This document shows positions 21,466-31,704 of a stretch of DNA of 63,975 nt, one piece after another (within the stretch, counting starts at the first letter, position 1; the number at the start of each line of letters is the position of its first letter). The DNA comes from an uncultured Candidatus Rokubacteria bacterium (GTDB taxonomy: Bacteria > Methylomirabilota > Methylomirabilia > Rokubacteriales > CSP1-6), in the NCBI GenBank assembly GCA_963789955.1, contig CAWBMV010000010.1, forward strand, positions 1 through 63,975. The letters are read 5' to 3'. Position numbers and translations under genes: made by a program. The notes beneath the pieces were generated by a model. The model was not told the origin of the DNA and ran no database searches. It saw only the letters and a list, made by a program, of their open reading frames with translations.

Positions 21466-22459
21466 ATACGGGCGCCAGTCCGGCGGCCCCGCGACATCGC
21501 GTGAGCATGGTCTGGCGCTCCTGCGCGAGATGCTGCTGATCCGGCGCTTCGAAGAGAAGGCCGCCGAGCTCTACAGCATGGGCAAGATCCGCGGCTTCCT
21601 CCATCTCTATATCGGCGAGGAGGCGGTGGCGGTGGGATCGATGCAGGCCCTCACGCCCGACGACAATGTGGTCGCCACATACCGCGAGCACGGCCAGGCG
21701 CTCGCCCGCGGCGTCCCGGCCGGCGCGATCATGGCCGAGATGTACGGCAAGGCCAACGGCTGCAGCCGCGGCCGTGGCGGCTCGATGCACCTCTTCGACG
21801 TCTCGCGTCGGTTCTATGGCGGTCACGCCATCGTCGGCGGCGGACTGCCGGTGGCGGTAGGGTTGGCGCTGGCGGACGCGCTGCGCGGGCGCTCGGGTAT
21901 CACCATGTGCTTCTTCGGCGACGGTGCGGTGGCCGAGGGCGTGTTTCACGAGTCGCTGAATCTGGCGGCGCTCTGGCGCCTTCCGGTTCTGTTCCTGTGC
22001 GAGAACAATCTTTACGCGATGGGCACTGGACTCGCGCGCTACCAGGCCCAGACCGACATCGTGCGCAAGGCGGACGCGGCCGGCGTACCGGGCCTCGCCG
22101 TGGACGGCATGGATGTCCTCGCGGTCGAGTCGGCGGCGAGCAGGGTCGCGGACGCGGTCCGCACCGGGCAGGGGCCGCGCTTGCTCGAGGCGCGTACGTA
22201 CCGGTTCCGCGCGCATTCGATGTACGACCCCGACCTCTATCGAACCCGGGACGAGATCGAGCAATGGAAGACGCGCGACCCCATCTCGCTCTTCACCGCG
22301 ATCTTGCGCGAGAAGAGTATCCTCGCCGACGCCGACCTCGCGGCGCTCGAGACCTCCGTGAACGCCGACGTCGCCGCGGCCGTCGCCGAAGCCGAAGCCG
22401 GGCCGTGGGAGCCCGTGGAGGATCTGCTCAAGGATGTCCACACGCCGGTGGCGCGATGA
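21458..22459 (+). CDS. pdhA: Pyruvate dehydrogenase E1 alpha
   Basis: [28 protein letters not shown] motif, YRFRAHSM. Confidence 0.9.
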   Translation: MIEYGRQSGGPATSREHGLALLREMLLIRRFEEKAAELYSMGKIRGFLHLYIGEEAVAVGSMQALTPDDNVVATYREHGQALARGVPAGAIMAEMYGKANGCSRGRGGSMHLFDVSRRFYGGHAIVGGGLPVAVGLALADALRGRSGITMCFFGDGAVAEGVFHESLNLAALWRLPVLFLCENNLYAMGTGLARYQAQTDIVRKADAAGVPGLAVDGMDVLAVESAASRVADAVRTGQGPRLLEARTYRFRAHSMYDPDLYRTRDEIEQWKTRDPISLFTAILREKSILADADLAALETSVNADVAAAVAEAEAGPWEPVEDLLKDVHTPVAR

Positions 22460-23439
22460 CGAAGATGACCTATCGCGAAGCGGCGCGGAGTGCCTTGCGC
22501 CAGGCTCTCCGCGAGGATCCTCGCGTGTTCCTCATGGGTGAAGACGTTGGGCGCTACGGTGGGGCGTTCGCGGTCAGTCACGGCCTGCTCGACGAGTTCG
22601 GTCCCGAGCGCGTCCGCGACACGCCGCTCAGCGAGAACACCTTCCTCGGGGCCGGCATCGGCGCCGCGCTCGGCGGCCTCAGACCGATCGTCGAAGTGAT
22701 GACCGTCAATTTCAGCCTGCTGGCTCTCGACCAGATCGTCAACAACGCGGCGACCCTTCGCCATATGTCGGGAGGGCAGCTCTCCGTCCCGCTCGTCGTG
22801 CGCATGGCGACGGGGGGCGGCCGGCAGCTCGCCGCCCAGCATTCGCACAGCCTCGAGGGATGGTATGCGCACGTTCCCGGTATCACTGTCGTCACGCCGG
22901 GCACCGCTCAGGATGCGCGCGGGCTTCTCCTCGCGGCGCTGCGCGAGCCCGACCCCGTGTTCGTCTTCGAGCACGCGTATCTCTATCCCACCGAGGGTGA
23001 GGTCGACGAGGCGGCGGGCGCGGGCGAGATCGGGCGCGCCCTGGTGCGCCGCGCCGGTCGAGATCTCACGCTCATCACGTACGGCGGCTCGCTACCCAAA
23101 ACCCTGGAGGCGGCCGACGAGCTCGCCATGACGGGCATCGAGGCGGAGGTCGTGGATCTGCGCACCTTGCGGCCGCTCGACACGGCCACCATCCTCGGCT
23201 CCGTTGCAAAGACGCACCGCGCGCTGATCGTCGACGAGGCGTGGCAGACGGGAAGCTTCGCCGCCGAGGTCAGCGCCCGGATCATGGAGCGCGGCTTTTA
23301 TGATCTCGACGCGCCCGTACAGCGCGTGTGCAGCGCCGAGGTGCCCTTGCCTTTCGCGCGGCACCTGGAGGACGCGGCGCTGCCGCAGGCCGCGACCATC
23401 GCCGCCGCGGCGCGGGCGATGCTCCGGCGCGATGGCTGA
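22456..23439 (+). CDS. pdhB: Pyruvate dehydrogenase E1 beta
   Basis: [29 protein letters not shown]. Confidence 0.9.
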   Translation: MTKMTYREAARSALRQALREDPRVFLMGEDVGRYGGAFAVSHGLLDEFGPERVRDTPLSENTFLGAGIGAALGGLRPIVEVMTVNFSLLALDQIVNNAATLRHMSGGQLSVPLVVRMATGGGRQLAAQHSHSLEGWYAHVPGITVVTPGTAQDARGLLLAALREPDPVFVFEHAYLYPTEGEVDEAAGAGEIGRALVRRAGRDLTLITYGGSLPKTLEAADELAMTGIEAEVVDLRTLRPLDTATILGSVAKTHRALIVDEAWQTGSFAAEVSARIMERGFYDLDAPVQRVCSAEVPLPFARHLEDAALPQAATIAAAARAMLRRDG

Positions 23440-24619
23440 GTTCGTCATGCCGATCCTCGGCGCCGACATGACGGCGGGCACCTTGGTCGCGTGGCGCAAA
23501 CAGCCAGGCGACCGCGTCAACCGCGGCGACATCATCGCCGAGGTCGAGACCGAGAAGGGCCTGATCGACGTCGAGGTCTTCGCGAGCGGCGTGCTCGAGC
23601 GCATCATCGTGGCGCCTGGAGCCACCGTGCCGACCGGAACGGTTCTGGCGCTCATCCACGAGGACGGGCCGGCCGCCGCCGCCCCAGCGATGGCTGCGCG
23701 ACCGATACTTGCGGCGCCGTCGGCCGCGCGGCCGCCGGTGCCACCGTCCGCTCCGCCGCCGCTCGGTGGTACGCCGGCGCCACGCGTGCGCGTCACGCCG
23801 CTCGCGCGGCAAGCGGCCGCCCGGCTCGGCGTCGACCTGGCCACCGTGACCGGCACGGGCCCGGGCGGTGCGGTGAGGCTCGAGGATGTCGAGGGCGCCG
23901 CGGCCCGCGCCGGGGCTGCGGCCGGGCCTGCAGCGCCGGGGCGGTCCCGCCTCGATTCAAGCCGCATGCGGCAGACCATCGCGGCCGCGATGGCGCGGGC
24001 CAAGCGCGAGATCCCGCACTACTATCTGGCGCATACGATGAACATGCACCGCGCCCTCGATTGGCTCGCCGGCGAGAACGTGCGGCGCCCCGTGACCGAG
24101 CGCCTCCTGCCCAACGTGCTCTTGCTGAAGGCCGTCGCCCTCGCCGTGCGCGAGGTGCCCGAGCTGAACGGGGTGTGGCGCGACGGCCGCATGGAGCCGA
24201 GCGCGCGCGTCCATCTTGGCGTCGCGATCTCGCTCCGCGGCGGGGGACTCGTCGCGCCGGCCATCCACGACGTGGATCGCATGACGATCGGCGAGCTGAT
24301 GCGATCTCTGCGCGACCTCGTCCAGCGTGCGCGCACGGGTGGCCTTCGCAGCTCCGAGCTGTCGGATCCCACGATCACCGTCACCAGTCTTGGCGAACAG
24401 GGGGTCGAGACCGTGTTCGGCATCGTGTACCCGCCGCAAGTCGCGATCGTCGGGTTCGGTCGCATCGGGGAGCGCCCCTGGGTCGTCGACGGCACCGTCG
24501 TCGCCCGGCCGGTCGTGACCGCAGCGCTGTCCGCCGACCACCGCGTCAGCGATGGCCACCGCGGCGGCCTCTTCCTCGTCGCGGTCGAGCGCCTGCTGCA
24601 GGCGCCGGAGCGGCTGTGA
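23432..24619 (+). CDS. pdhC: Dihydrolipoamide acetyltransferase E2
   Basis: Lipoyl VETEKG, peripheral-subunit-binding GTGPGG, catalytic DHRVSDG. Confidence 0.9.
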   Translation: MAEFVMPILGADMTAGTLVAWRKQPGDRVNRGDIIAEVETEKGLIDVEVFASGVLERIIVAPGATVPTGTVLALIHEDGPAAAAPAMAARPILAAPSAARPPVPPSAPPPLGGTPAPRVRVTPLARQAAARLGVDLATVTGTGPGGAVRLEDVEGAAARAGAAAGPAAPGRSRLDSSRMRQTIAAAMARAKREIPHYYLAHTMNMHRALDWLAGENVRRPVTERLLPNVLLLKAVALAVREVPELNGVWRDGRMEPSARVHLGVAISLRGGGLVAPAIHDVDRMTIGELMRSLRDLVQRARTGGLRSSELSDPTITVTSLGEQGVETVFGIVYPPQVAIVGFGRIGERPWVVDGTVVARPVVTAALSADHRVSDGHRGGLFLVAVERLLQAPERL

Positions 24620-24864
24620 CCGACGACGGCGTGCGAGCGACCGTCCTGAGCGTGCTGGGCGAGATCGCGCCCGAGGCCGACCTCGGCGGGGTGCGAGGCG
24701 ACGTGCCGCTACGCGAGCAGCTCGACCTCGATTCGATGGACCTGCTCAACTTCGTGGTCGGACTGCACACCGCACTCGATGTCGACATTCCCGAGCGGGA
24801 CTACGGAAGGCTCACGACGCTCGACGCGTGCGTCGCCTATCTCGAAGAAAGGAAAAGCCCATGA
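24616..24864 (+). CDS. Acyl carrier protein
   Basis: LDLDSMDL phosphopantetheine motif, DIPE, 82 aa; GTGA overlap with E2. Confidence 0.85.
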   Translation: MTDDGVRATVLSVLGEIAPEADLGGVRGDVPLREQLDLDSMDLLNFVVGLHTALDVDIPERDYGRLTTLDACVAYLEERKSP

Positions 24865-25292
24865 AGCCACTGCCGCATCGTTACGAGGTCCGGATCTCAG
24901 GAGGTCCTTTGGGCCGCGCGACTCTTGCGAGCCCAGGCGTACCCGATCTCGCGACTGCCGCGCCCGCCGATTTCGGCGGCCCCGGCGACGCGTGGAGCCC
25001 CGAGCAGCTGCTGCTGGCCGCAGTCGAGTCGTGCTTCGTGATGACGTTCCGCGCGATCGCCCAGGCCTCTCGGATCGACTTCACGTCGCTGGCGGTCGAC
25101 GGCCTGGGGATCGTGGACCATGCCGACGGCGGCATGCGCTTCACCGAGATCGTTCTGCGTCCCCGGCTGGCACTGCCCGCCGGCGCCGACCCGACTCGCG
25201 TGCGCCGAGCCCTCGAGAAGGCGGAGAAGACGTGCCTCGTCTCGGCGTCGCTCTCCACGCCGATCCGGCTCGAGCCAGAGATCGCGGTCTGA
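24861..25292 (+). CDS. OsmC/Ohr family protein
   Basis: FGG..WSPEQLLLAAVESC ... CLVSASL two-Cys pattern. Confidence 0.85.
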   Translation: MKPLPHRYEVRISGGPLGRATLASPGVPDLATAAPADFGGPGDAWSPEQLLLAAVESCFVMTFRAIAQASRIDFTSLAVDGLGIVDHADGGMRFTEIVLRPRLALPAGADPTRVRRALEKAEKTCLVSASLSTPIRLEPEIAV

Positions 25293-25381
25293 CGCCGTGG
25301 TCGGCGATGCAGCCGGCGCGGTACGCTGGCGCGGCCTCCGCGAGGAGGCGTATATATTCAGCTCTTACGGAGGCTCACGCC

Positions 25382-25741
25382 ATGACGAGGAATCAGAGCG
25401 CCGCCGACCTTCAGATGAACGCGGCAGGCCTGTATCGCGAGGAAGTTGTTACCGATCGCCGGATCGGCTCGATCCGTATCCTGACACCGGTGACCGCCGA
25501 AGGTCTCACCGATGCGATGCGCAAGGTTCTCTACGTCGGAGAGGCGCAAGTTCTCACACCCGGCGGAGTTCTGCCGCTGGTCTTCGAGATCGACGCCAAT
25601 TCGCTGAGCGAGGCGATTCAAAAGTTCGCGCCCGGGGCCGACGCCGCCGTCGAGCGCGCGCTCAGAGAACTGGAAGCGCTGCGCCGCGAGGCGGCGTCGC
25701 CGATCATCGTCCCGAACAGCGGATTGATTCAGCGGCCCTAG
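25382..25741 (+). CDS. Conserved-looking hypothetical cytoplasmic protein
   Basis: GGAGG RBS, LYREEVVTDRRIGSIRILTPV; coding-like composition. Confidence 0.65.
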   Translation: MTRNQSAADLQMNAAGLYREEVVTDRRIGSIRILTPVTAEGLTDAMRKVLYVGEAQVLTPGGVLPLVFEIDANSLSEAIQKFAPGADAAVERALRELEALRREAASPIIVPNSGLIQRP

Positions 25742-25756
25742 TGGTCCGCGGACCGC

Positions 25757-26434
25757 TCAGACCGGCTCCGTCCGCAGGTGGTCCTCGACGTCTCGAACGC
25801 CGGGCGTGAAGCGGACAGCCGCCAGCACCGATTTCCGCTCGGCCCACGTATGGACGGAGCCGGTGAGGATCGCGCGGCCGTCACGCACCTCGACCTGAAT
25901 TCGCCTCGCCTCGCGCTCGGCGCGGCGCTCCAGCACCTGCTCGATCGCCTTGCGGACGTCCTCCGCCATCGGTTGCGCCGATTTCACCGTGATCTTGTTG
26001 ATCACCGCTCTCACGCCGGTCAGATTGCGAATGGCCCGTTCCGCGTCGGAGCGCTGGCTCCAGCGCTCGACCGTGCCTTCGAGAGTGACCCAGCCGTCCG
26101 ATACCGTGGACGAGATCTTTTCCTCGGGCACGTAGACGTCCCATTCGAGCGCACGGCGGACCGCCTGCGCGATCTCCGTGTCGGTGCGCGCGAGGCCGCC
26201 CGGGACCTTGACCTTGATGTCGTTCGCCACGTCGTGGACGCCGATCACGCGTCGCGCGGCCTCCTGAGCGGCCAGTCGCTTGGCCCAGCTCGTCACCGTG
26301 CCGGTGAGCGTAACGACGCCGGCGTCCACCTCGACGCCGACCTCGGTCTCATCGACCCGGGAATCCCAGCGAAGCTCCTCGAGCACGTCCCGGTGGATCT
26401 GGGTGTCCGTCTTCTTGGCTGTCTGTGTCATCAC
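25757..26434 (-). CDS. BON-domain protein (three BON repeats)
   Basis: Three G-x-V/A-x-L-x-G-x-V motifs with V-x-N-x-I-x-V ends. Confidence 0.9.
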   Translation of the reverse strand: MMTQTAKKTDTQIHRDVLEELRWDSRVDETEVGVEVDAGVVTLTGTVTSWAKRLAAQEAARRVIGVHDVANDIKVKVPGGLARTDTEIAQAVRRALEWDVYVPEEKISSTVSDGWVTLEGTVERWSQRSDAERAIRNLTGVRAVINKITVKSAQPMAEDVRKAIEQVLERRAEREARRIQVEVRDGRAILTGSVHTWAERKSVLAAVRFTPGVRDVEDHLRTEPV

Positions 26435-26474
26435 GGGCTCCTTCTGTCGTTCGGACTGTTGTGTCGTAACGACG

Positions 26475-27627
26475 TCATCGCGCGCCGCTCAACTCCTTGC
26501 GCACGCTGAACTCCGCGTCGAGCGCCGTGAGCGCGTCGACGATGCCGGTGTACGCGAGCTCTGCGTGCGAGGCCATGGTGGGGCCGATGAAGCCCTGGCG
26601 CCGCCACTCGTCGGCCTTCTGCTGCACTTTCAGGCGTGTCGCGTCCCACGCGACGTTTCCGAACATGTCCACGAACTCCCCCGTGAATCGGCCTTCGGCG
26701 TCCATCGAGAATGCCAGGCACGAGACGATCGGCAGGCAGTAGGGACCGGCAACCGTGGTGTTGATGCCGACCGGCATGATCGGCATCACGTGAGAGCCGC
26801 GGCAGTCGCCGGCGACGAAGTGGCCGAGCATGAAGGGCTCGATCACCTCTTCGGGCGCCGGGAAGATTCCCTGCGTGCGGACGATGGCGACGGGGTCGTC
26901 CTTGCCCGTGTACTTACCGGCGATGTTGTGCAGGCGCGTCGCCGACACCGACACAACCTGCTCATCCGGCTTGCAGCGGGAGTGAATGGCTTCGACCGCG
27001 AACCGATCCGGATTCTGCAGCAGGCACGCGACGTCCCAGATGCGCTCGGGAACCTCGAGCGCAATGACCCGGTCGCCACCGTTCCCTTTGTGATCCATGT
27101 CGATGATCGTGAACGTGAAGCCCTTGCGGATCTTCGGGCTCAAGAGCAGCGAGCCGTTGTGCATCGGGTCGCAGAAGACCGAGTACAGCGGATAGTTGTA
27201 GGCACCCGGGGCGCACTTGTCTCCCGCAAAGACCAGGAACGGCTCGGCCGGCCGATCGCGATTGGCCGGGTCGCGCACGAACTGATCTCGGCGACGGCGG
27301 TCCGGCCCCGCGGATGTTGCCAGACGGCGCGTCGACGAGGAGATCCTGTCCCGCGCCATAGAGTCCCGCGGCGCGGGCCTGCTCGGTCGCGGCGAGAAAG
27401 CTGTCCCACGCGAACCGGTGGACCGCGGTGGCACCCGTCCCGTGGGTGTGGCTCATGATGATGGCGATATCGTCGCCGGTGTACGTCACGATACCGTCCA
27501 GGAGCAACCGCCGCCGGATCGCATCGCCGAGGCGAGTGCGCACGATCTCGAGCATGCGCTCCGAGGGCCGGGTGTGTCCGCCGATCGAGCCGACGTCGGC
27601 CTTGATGATCGAAAGTGTGGCCTTCAC
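26475..27627 (-). CDS. Bifunctional fructose-1,6-bisphosphate aldolase/phosphatase (FBPase class V); frameshift ~27290
   Basis: IKADVGSIGGH, TGDD, YGAGQDLL, SGNIRG, RLHNIAGKYTGKDDP, RGSH. Confidence 0.9.
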
Positions 27628-28203
27628 TTCAACAGCCCCATGGCCTCACGGGCCTTGCTCGTCGACAAGGCCATGTCGCCCTTCTTGCACGCCGCCTCCG
27701 AGTCGCTGATCAGCTTCCGGGCGTTGTCCAGGCGCGCCTTGTCATCCGGCCCCCGCGGCACCTGAATGTCCGGGGAGTGTCGCTGCCCTTCGGTGCCTGG
27801 GCTCGAGGCGCCTGGATGTCCTGGGTCCGCGGCGCTTGAATGTCCTGCGCGCGCGGGGCCTGAGTGTCCTGCGCTCTGGGCGCTTGCACGTCCTGGGCTC
27901 GAGGCGCCTGGACGTCCTGGGCTCGCGGCGCTTGAATGTCCTGCGCGCGCGGGGGCTGAGTGTCCTGCGCTCTGGGCGCTTGCACGTCCTGAGCTCGGGG
28001 CGCCTGAATGTCCTGCGCCTTCGCGCCGGCAAGCTGACGCGACGCCTGCGTCGTCGCACCGGTCTTCGAGGACGCAGCAGTCGCCTTGCTGAGCATCGTC
28101 TTCGCTTGCGAGAGCTCCGCCGGGCACTTGTCGGCGGCCGACGCCAGCGGCGGCACGCTCAGGAGTGCTGCGATGATCGCGATCTTGCACTAGTCTCGCG
28201 CAT
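27624..28203 (-). CDS. Secreted protein with tandem 8-aa AQD(I/V/T)QAPR repeats; frameshifted
   Basis: Signal-like KIAIIAALLSVPPLASA-A, nine repeats, one Cys on each side; GAAGGA RBS; GTGA overlap with the FBPase gene. Confidence 0.65.
27803..28018 (-). repeat. 9 x 24-bp coding tandem repeat with higher-order 96-bp duplication
   Basis: Units like GCGCAGGACATTCAAGCGCCGCGA; units 2-5 nearly identical to units 6-9. Confidence 0.9.
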
Positions 28204-28279
28204 GTCCTTCATCCTTTCCGTTCCGTCCGCTTCGAGAGCCAATGTCCTTGGTCGATGGCTCGATCCGGGCAATTGCGAG

Positions 28280-28295
28280 TGCAACGACGCTGCCA
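28280..28295 (-). promoter_or_regulatory. sigma-54 promoter of repeat protein-FBPase-BON unit
   Basis: TGGCAGCGTCGTTGCA. Confidence 0.75.
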
Positions 28296-28395
28296 CGTGC
28301 GTCGCCGCAAGGTGATTCACGGTTTTGTCCTTACGTCATGCGCACCAAGCGCGCAGCCGCCGGGCGTCCGACAAGCGCCCGGTGCGGCCACCGGG

Positions 28396-28433
28396 TGAGG
28401 CGAGAGCGGGACAACAGGGGCGGCGATGCCCCG
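28396..28433. promoter_or_regulatory. Tandem putative enhancer sites between divergent promoters
   Basis: TGAGGC-N6-GGGACA and AGGGGC-N6-GCCCCG, 20-bp period. Confidence 0.55.
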
Positions 28434-28518
28434 GAGAAATCGTGATGGAGGGTCGGGATTGTCACGACATGTTCCGCGAACGTCGCGCCGCGGCTCGCCA
28501 GGTCAGCGTCAGTCGACC

Positions 28519-28534
28519 TGGCACCGACCTCGCA
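28519..28534 (+). promoter_or_regulatory. sigma-54 promoter
   Basis: TGGCACCGACCTCGCA upstream of GGGAGG RBS. Confidence 0.65.
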
Positions 28535-28558
28535 TTCAAGATCGCCGGGAGGGAACGT

Positions 28559-28726
28559 ATGTCGAATCGTTACTCGGTCGTCTGCATGACCTGCCGCTAT
28601 CAGAGCTCTCACTCGTCGCGGTGGGAGGCGAACATCGATGTCGCGGCTCATCTCCGCGACAATCCGACGCACTCAGCGACGGTCGTCGAGGAGGGCCAGG
28701 GCGCCACGAGGCGGAAGGCTAGTTAA
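28559..28726 (+). CDS. 55-aa putative C2H2-type zinc-finger microprotein
   Basis: MSNRYSVVCMTC-x18-H-x6-H; own promoter and RBS. Confidence 0.6.
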   Translation: MSNRYSVVCMTCRYQSSHSSRWEANIDVAAHLRDNPTHSATVVEEGQGATRRKAS

Positions 28727-28931
28727 TCGTCCAGCTGGTCCTCGGAGCGCCCGCACCGATCGCAGCAGGTCGTCGGCTGAACTCGGCCGTCTCCGCGTCT
28801 CCATCGACACCGCCGGCGGCGTGCATCAGACCGCCACACCGGCAGGGCTCCGGGTATTCGTCCAGGCACTCGGGACGCTGCAGGTCGCCGATGTGGTGGT
28901 TGGGCTCATCACCGACCGTGAATAGCGTCAT
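28723..28931 (-). CDS. Small Cys-rich putative metal-binding protein; frameshifted
   Basis: PECLDEYPEPCRCGGLMH and, in shifted frame, TTCCDRCGRSEDQLDD*; GAGGAG RBS. Confidence 0.5.
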
Positions 28932-28981
28932 CGCTTCCGCTCTCCTCGTTCGCGGCAGCTGTCGGCGGCATCGTACCGCAC

Positions 28982-29824
28982 TCATGACCAGCGCCGCCGA
29001 TCGGGATCAGGCCAAGTGAGAGCGGCGGGCCGATACCGCCGCCGCATGGGCGACCGGATTCCCGCGAGGAATGAGACCGGCCCGCCGCGGTAAGCGGCGA
29101 GGTCGAACGGGAAGAGTGGATCGCCGCGAGGGAGTCGGTGATCGCACCGCCGGCTTCCTGCAGAACACACGCACCGCCCGCGAGATCCCAGAGCGCGGCG
29201 CGGTGATCGAGCACCACGTCGATGGCTCCGAGGGCGGCGTAGGCGAGGTGGAGGGCGACCCAGCCGAACGCGCGGAATTTGTATCGCCGGAGCCAGTCGC
29301 TCACGACGGGGATCAGCGACGGATCGAGCGGGACGCGCCGAGACGTTCGAGGCCTCGGTGAGCGGCTGTCCGCGCAGGACCAGCTTGACGGCGCCAAGCC
29401 ATGCCCCCTGATCGCGAACGGCCCAAACCGTGAAGCCCGTGTTCGGATCGTGGACGACGCCGGCATACGGCGTGCCGTGCTGGAAGACGCCGAGCGAGAC
29501 GGCGAAGCACGGCAGGCCCAGCGCGTAGTTGTTCGTGCCGTCGAGCGGATCCACGATCCAGACGAACTCGCGGTCGAGGCCGGCCGCAGCTTCGCCTTCT
29601 TCCGCGAGGATGCCGTCACCCGCGAACCGGATTCGTACCGCGTCGAGAATGCGAGATTGCAGCGTGGTGTCCATCGGGGTCACGCGTTCTCCGGGGCGCT
29701 TCCAGGAAAATTCCACGCGATCCGCCGAGGTCATGGCATGACGCCCGGCCTCGCGCGCGAGCGTCAACGCCAGCGCGACTCGCGGATCGTTCGGCTGTGT
29801 CTTCGGGCGCACGGCGTGCGGCAT
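28982..29824 (-). CDS. Inositol monophosphatase family protein; frameshifted
   Basis: ILAEE, WIVDPLDGTNNY, LWDLAGG. Confidence 0.85.
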   Translation of the reverse strand: MPHAVRPKTQPNDPRVALALTLAREAGRHAMTSADRVEFSWKRPGERVTPMDTTLQSRILDAVRIRFAGDGILAEEGEAAAGLDREFVWIVDPLDGTNNYALGLPCFAVSLGVFQHGTPYAGVVHDPNTGFTVWAVRDQGAWLGAVKLVLRGQPLTEASNVSARPARSVADPRRERLAPAIQIPRVRLGRPPPRLRRPRSHRRGARSPRRALGSRGRCVCSAGSRRCDHRLPRGDPLFPFDLAAYRGGPVSFLAGIRSPMRRRYRPAALTWPDPDRRRWS

Positions 29825-29829
29825 CGTGG

Positions 29830-31026
29830 TCAGCAGACCGGGTACTCGCCGCGTGCGAGCTGCGCCCGGAACTCCGTCAGTCGTCCGAGCTCGCCCTCCA
29901 CGACGTCTCGCACGCTCGTCGCGATGTCCGACAGGATCATGTCCTTGGGCAAGACCATCTGGATGCCCGTCCACGGCTGGTCCACGGGCTCGCCGATCCG
30001 CGCCGCCAGGTGCACGTAGACTTGAGGAAGCTCTGGATGCCGGGTGTGGATCAAGCCGGCGAGACGATGGCTCAACACGCTGTAGATTTTGCCGGCGTGC
30101 GCCACGGCATTTTTCCCGGGTGCTGCCTCGCCCCCCGAGGGACGGGAAAAGGCGATCAGGCCGTTGGCGCCGTTTCCGCGCCCAACCTCGCCCGAGTCGG
30201 CATCCTCGGCCGATGTCCCCGTGATCGTCATGTACACTCCGTCGGCACCCGCGCCCGGCCTGTCGAGGTTGTTCAGCCGGAACGACGAGCTGCAGTGGAG
30301 CGTCGCGGAAGCGCTCGTCGAGTGCCGCCAAGATCTCCTGCTTGCGCCGGAAGTAGACGCCCTCCGACGCGACGGCGCGGCACAGAGCGGCATCGCGACG
30401 GTCACGTCGAGGCGATCGTCCTCGCGGAGCCCGAAGACCTTCACGTCTTGTCCGGTGTCCGGGAACCGGCGCTTGAACTCCGTCCCGTTCAGGAACTGCT
30501 CCACCGCCAGCACGATCTGCTCCGTGGGGCTCAAAGGGGCGTAGCCGGAAGCCCCGGACGTATCGTTGGAGGCGACCGGACCCGACCGCCGGCCCGAAGA
30601 TTCCGCGGAGCTCGGCGGAGCCCGGCGCCAGCGCGATGCGGGTTTCGAGGTCCCGCCCGGCGCGCACGTGGGGCAGGTGGGCGACGGTCCACGCGTCACC
30701 GCCGCGCGCACCGTCTTCTCGACGGGTAGTCGCCGCCCGTCGACCTCGAACGTCGCCCGGTCTCCGAGAATGAGCTCCATCGGACGAGTCACCTCGCCCC
30801 GTCCGAAGCCCGTCACGCACTGGCCGGCAACAAGCATTGCCTTGTCGACGTTGTAGTGCTGGACGCTCCCGACCTCGGCCAGGTACATGCGGTTGAGCGC
30901 GACGGCGACCGCCTCGGCCAGGGAGTCGCAGATGGTGTCGGGATGGCCGAGACCCTTTCGCTCGACCAGCTCGATCCGCCGCTGCGCGACCGGCACTTCG
31001 GCGAGAGCCTCGATCACGGTCTTCAC
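29830..31026 (-). CDS. Archaeal-type S-adenosylmethionine synthetase; compensating frameshifts
   Basis: ELVERKGLGHPDTICD, HYNVDK, NDTS, GQDVKV, GTSAEDADSGEVGRGN, GKNAVAHAGKIY. Confidence 0.88.
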   Translation of the reverse strand: MKTVIEALAEVPVAQRRIELVERKGLGHPDTICDSLAEAVAVALNRMYLAEVGSVQHYNVDKAMLVAGQCVTGFGRGEVTRPMELILGDRATFEVDGRRLPVEKTVRAAVTRGPSPTCPTCAPGGTSKPASRWRRAPPSSAESSGRRSGPVASNDTSGASGYAPLSPTEQIVLAVEQFLNGTEFKRRFPDTGQDVKVFGLREDDRLDVTVAMPLCAAPSRRRASTSGASRRSWRHSTSASATLHCSSSFRLNNLDRPGAGADGVYMTITGTSAEDADSGEVGRGNGANGLIAFSRPSGGEAAPGKNAVAHAGKIYSVLSHRLAGLIHTRHPELPQVYVHLAARIGEPVDQPWTGIQMVLPKDMILSDIATSVRDVVEGELGRLTEFRAQLARGEYPVC

Positions 31027-31704
31027 TCGATCGGTCTCCGGGGGCCAGCCCTCCTTGCCGATGAGCGGAACGAACGCGACATCCTCGAGCTCCTCACGAC
31101 GGTAGTCGTCGGGACGAGTCCGGGTCAGGCGGACCAACCGCTGGCCGAGCCGCCAGTTGCCGACCGGCATCACGAGGCGCCCGCCGACAGCGAGCTGGGC
31201 CATGAGGGACGAGGGCACCTCGGGGCCGCCGGCCGTGACGATGATCACGTCGTAGGGCGCATGCTCGGGCCAGCCCAGGGTCCCGTTGGCTTCACGCACG
31301 TGGACGTTCCGGTAGCCGAGCTTGGCCAACTGCCGGCGCGCGGACTGCGTCAGACTCGGCAGGCGCTCGATCGTGTAGACCTCGGCGACGATCGTCGCGA
31401 GCACCGCCGCGGAGTATCCCGAGCCGGCACCGATCTCGAGGGCGCGATCGCCGGTCTTCGGCTGGACGGCCTCGATCATCGCCGCGACGATGTACGGCTG
31501 CGAGATCGTCTGGCCCTCACCGATCGGGAGCGGTTCGTCGTCGTAGGCCGATCGCGCCTGGCTGGCGGGGACGAAGGCGTGGCGCGGCACCTTCCGCATC
31601 GCCGCCAAAACCGCCGGGTTCCGCACGCCGCGTCGAGCGATTTGAAGTTCCACCATTCCATGACGTTCGCGAACAAAATCCGTCGATGCTGATACCGTTC
31701 GCAT
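31027..31704 (-). CDS. pcm: Protein-L-isoaspartate O-methyltransferase
   Basis: VPRHAF, GQTISQPYIVA, LEIGAGSGY, APYDVIIVTA, FVPL; GGAGG RBS. Confidence 0.9.

Noticed and set aside
27803..28018. 24-bp repeat array as CRISPR
   Set aside because: Units are contiguous with no unique spacers, vary mainly at synonymous positions and encode a peptide repeat; no cas genes
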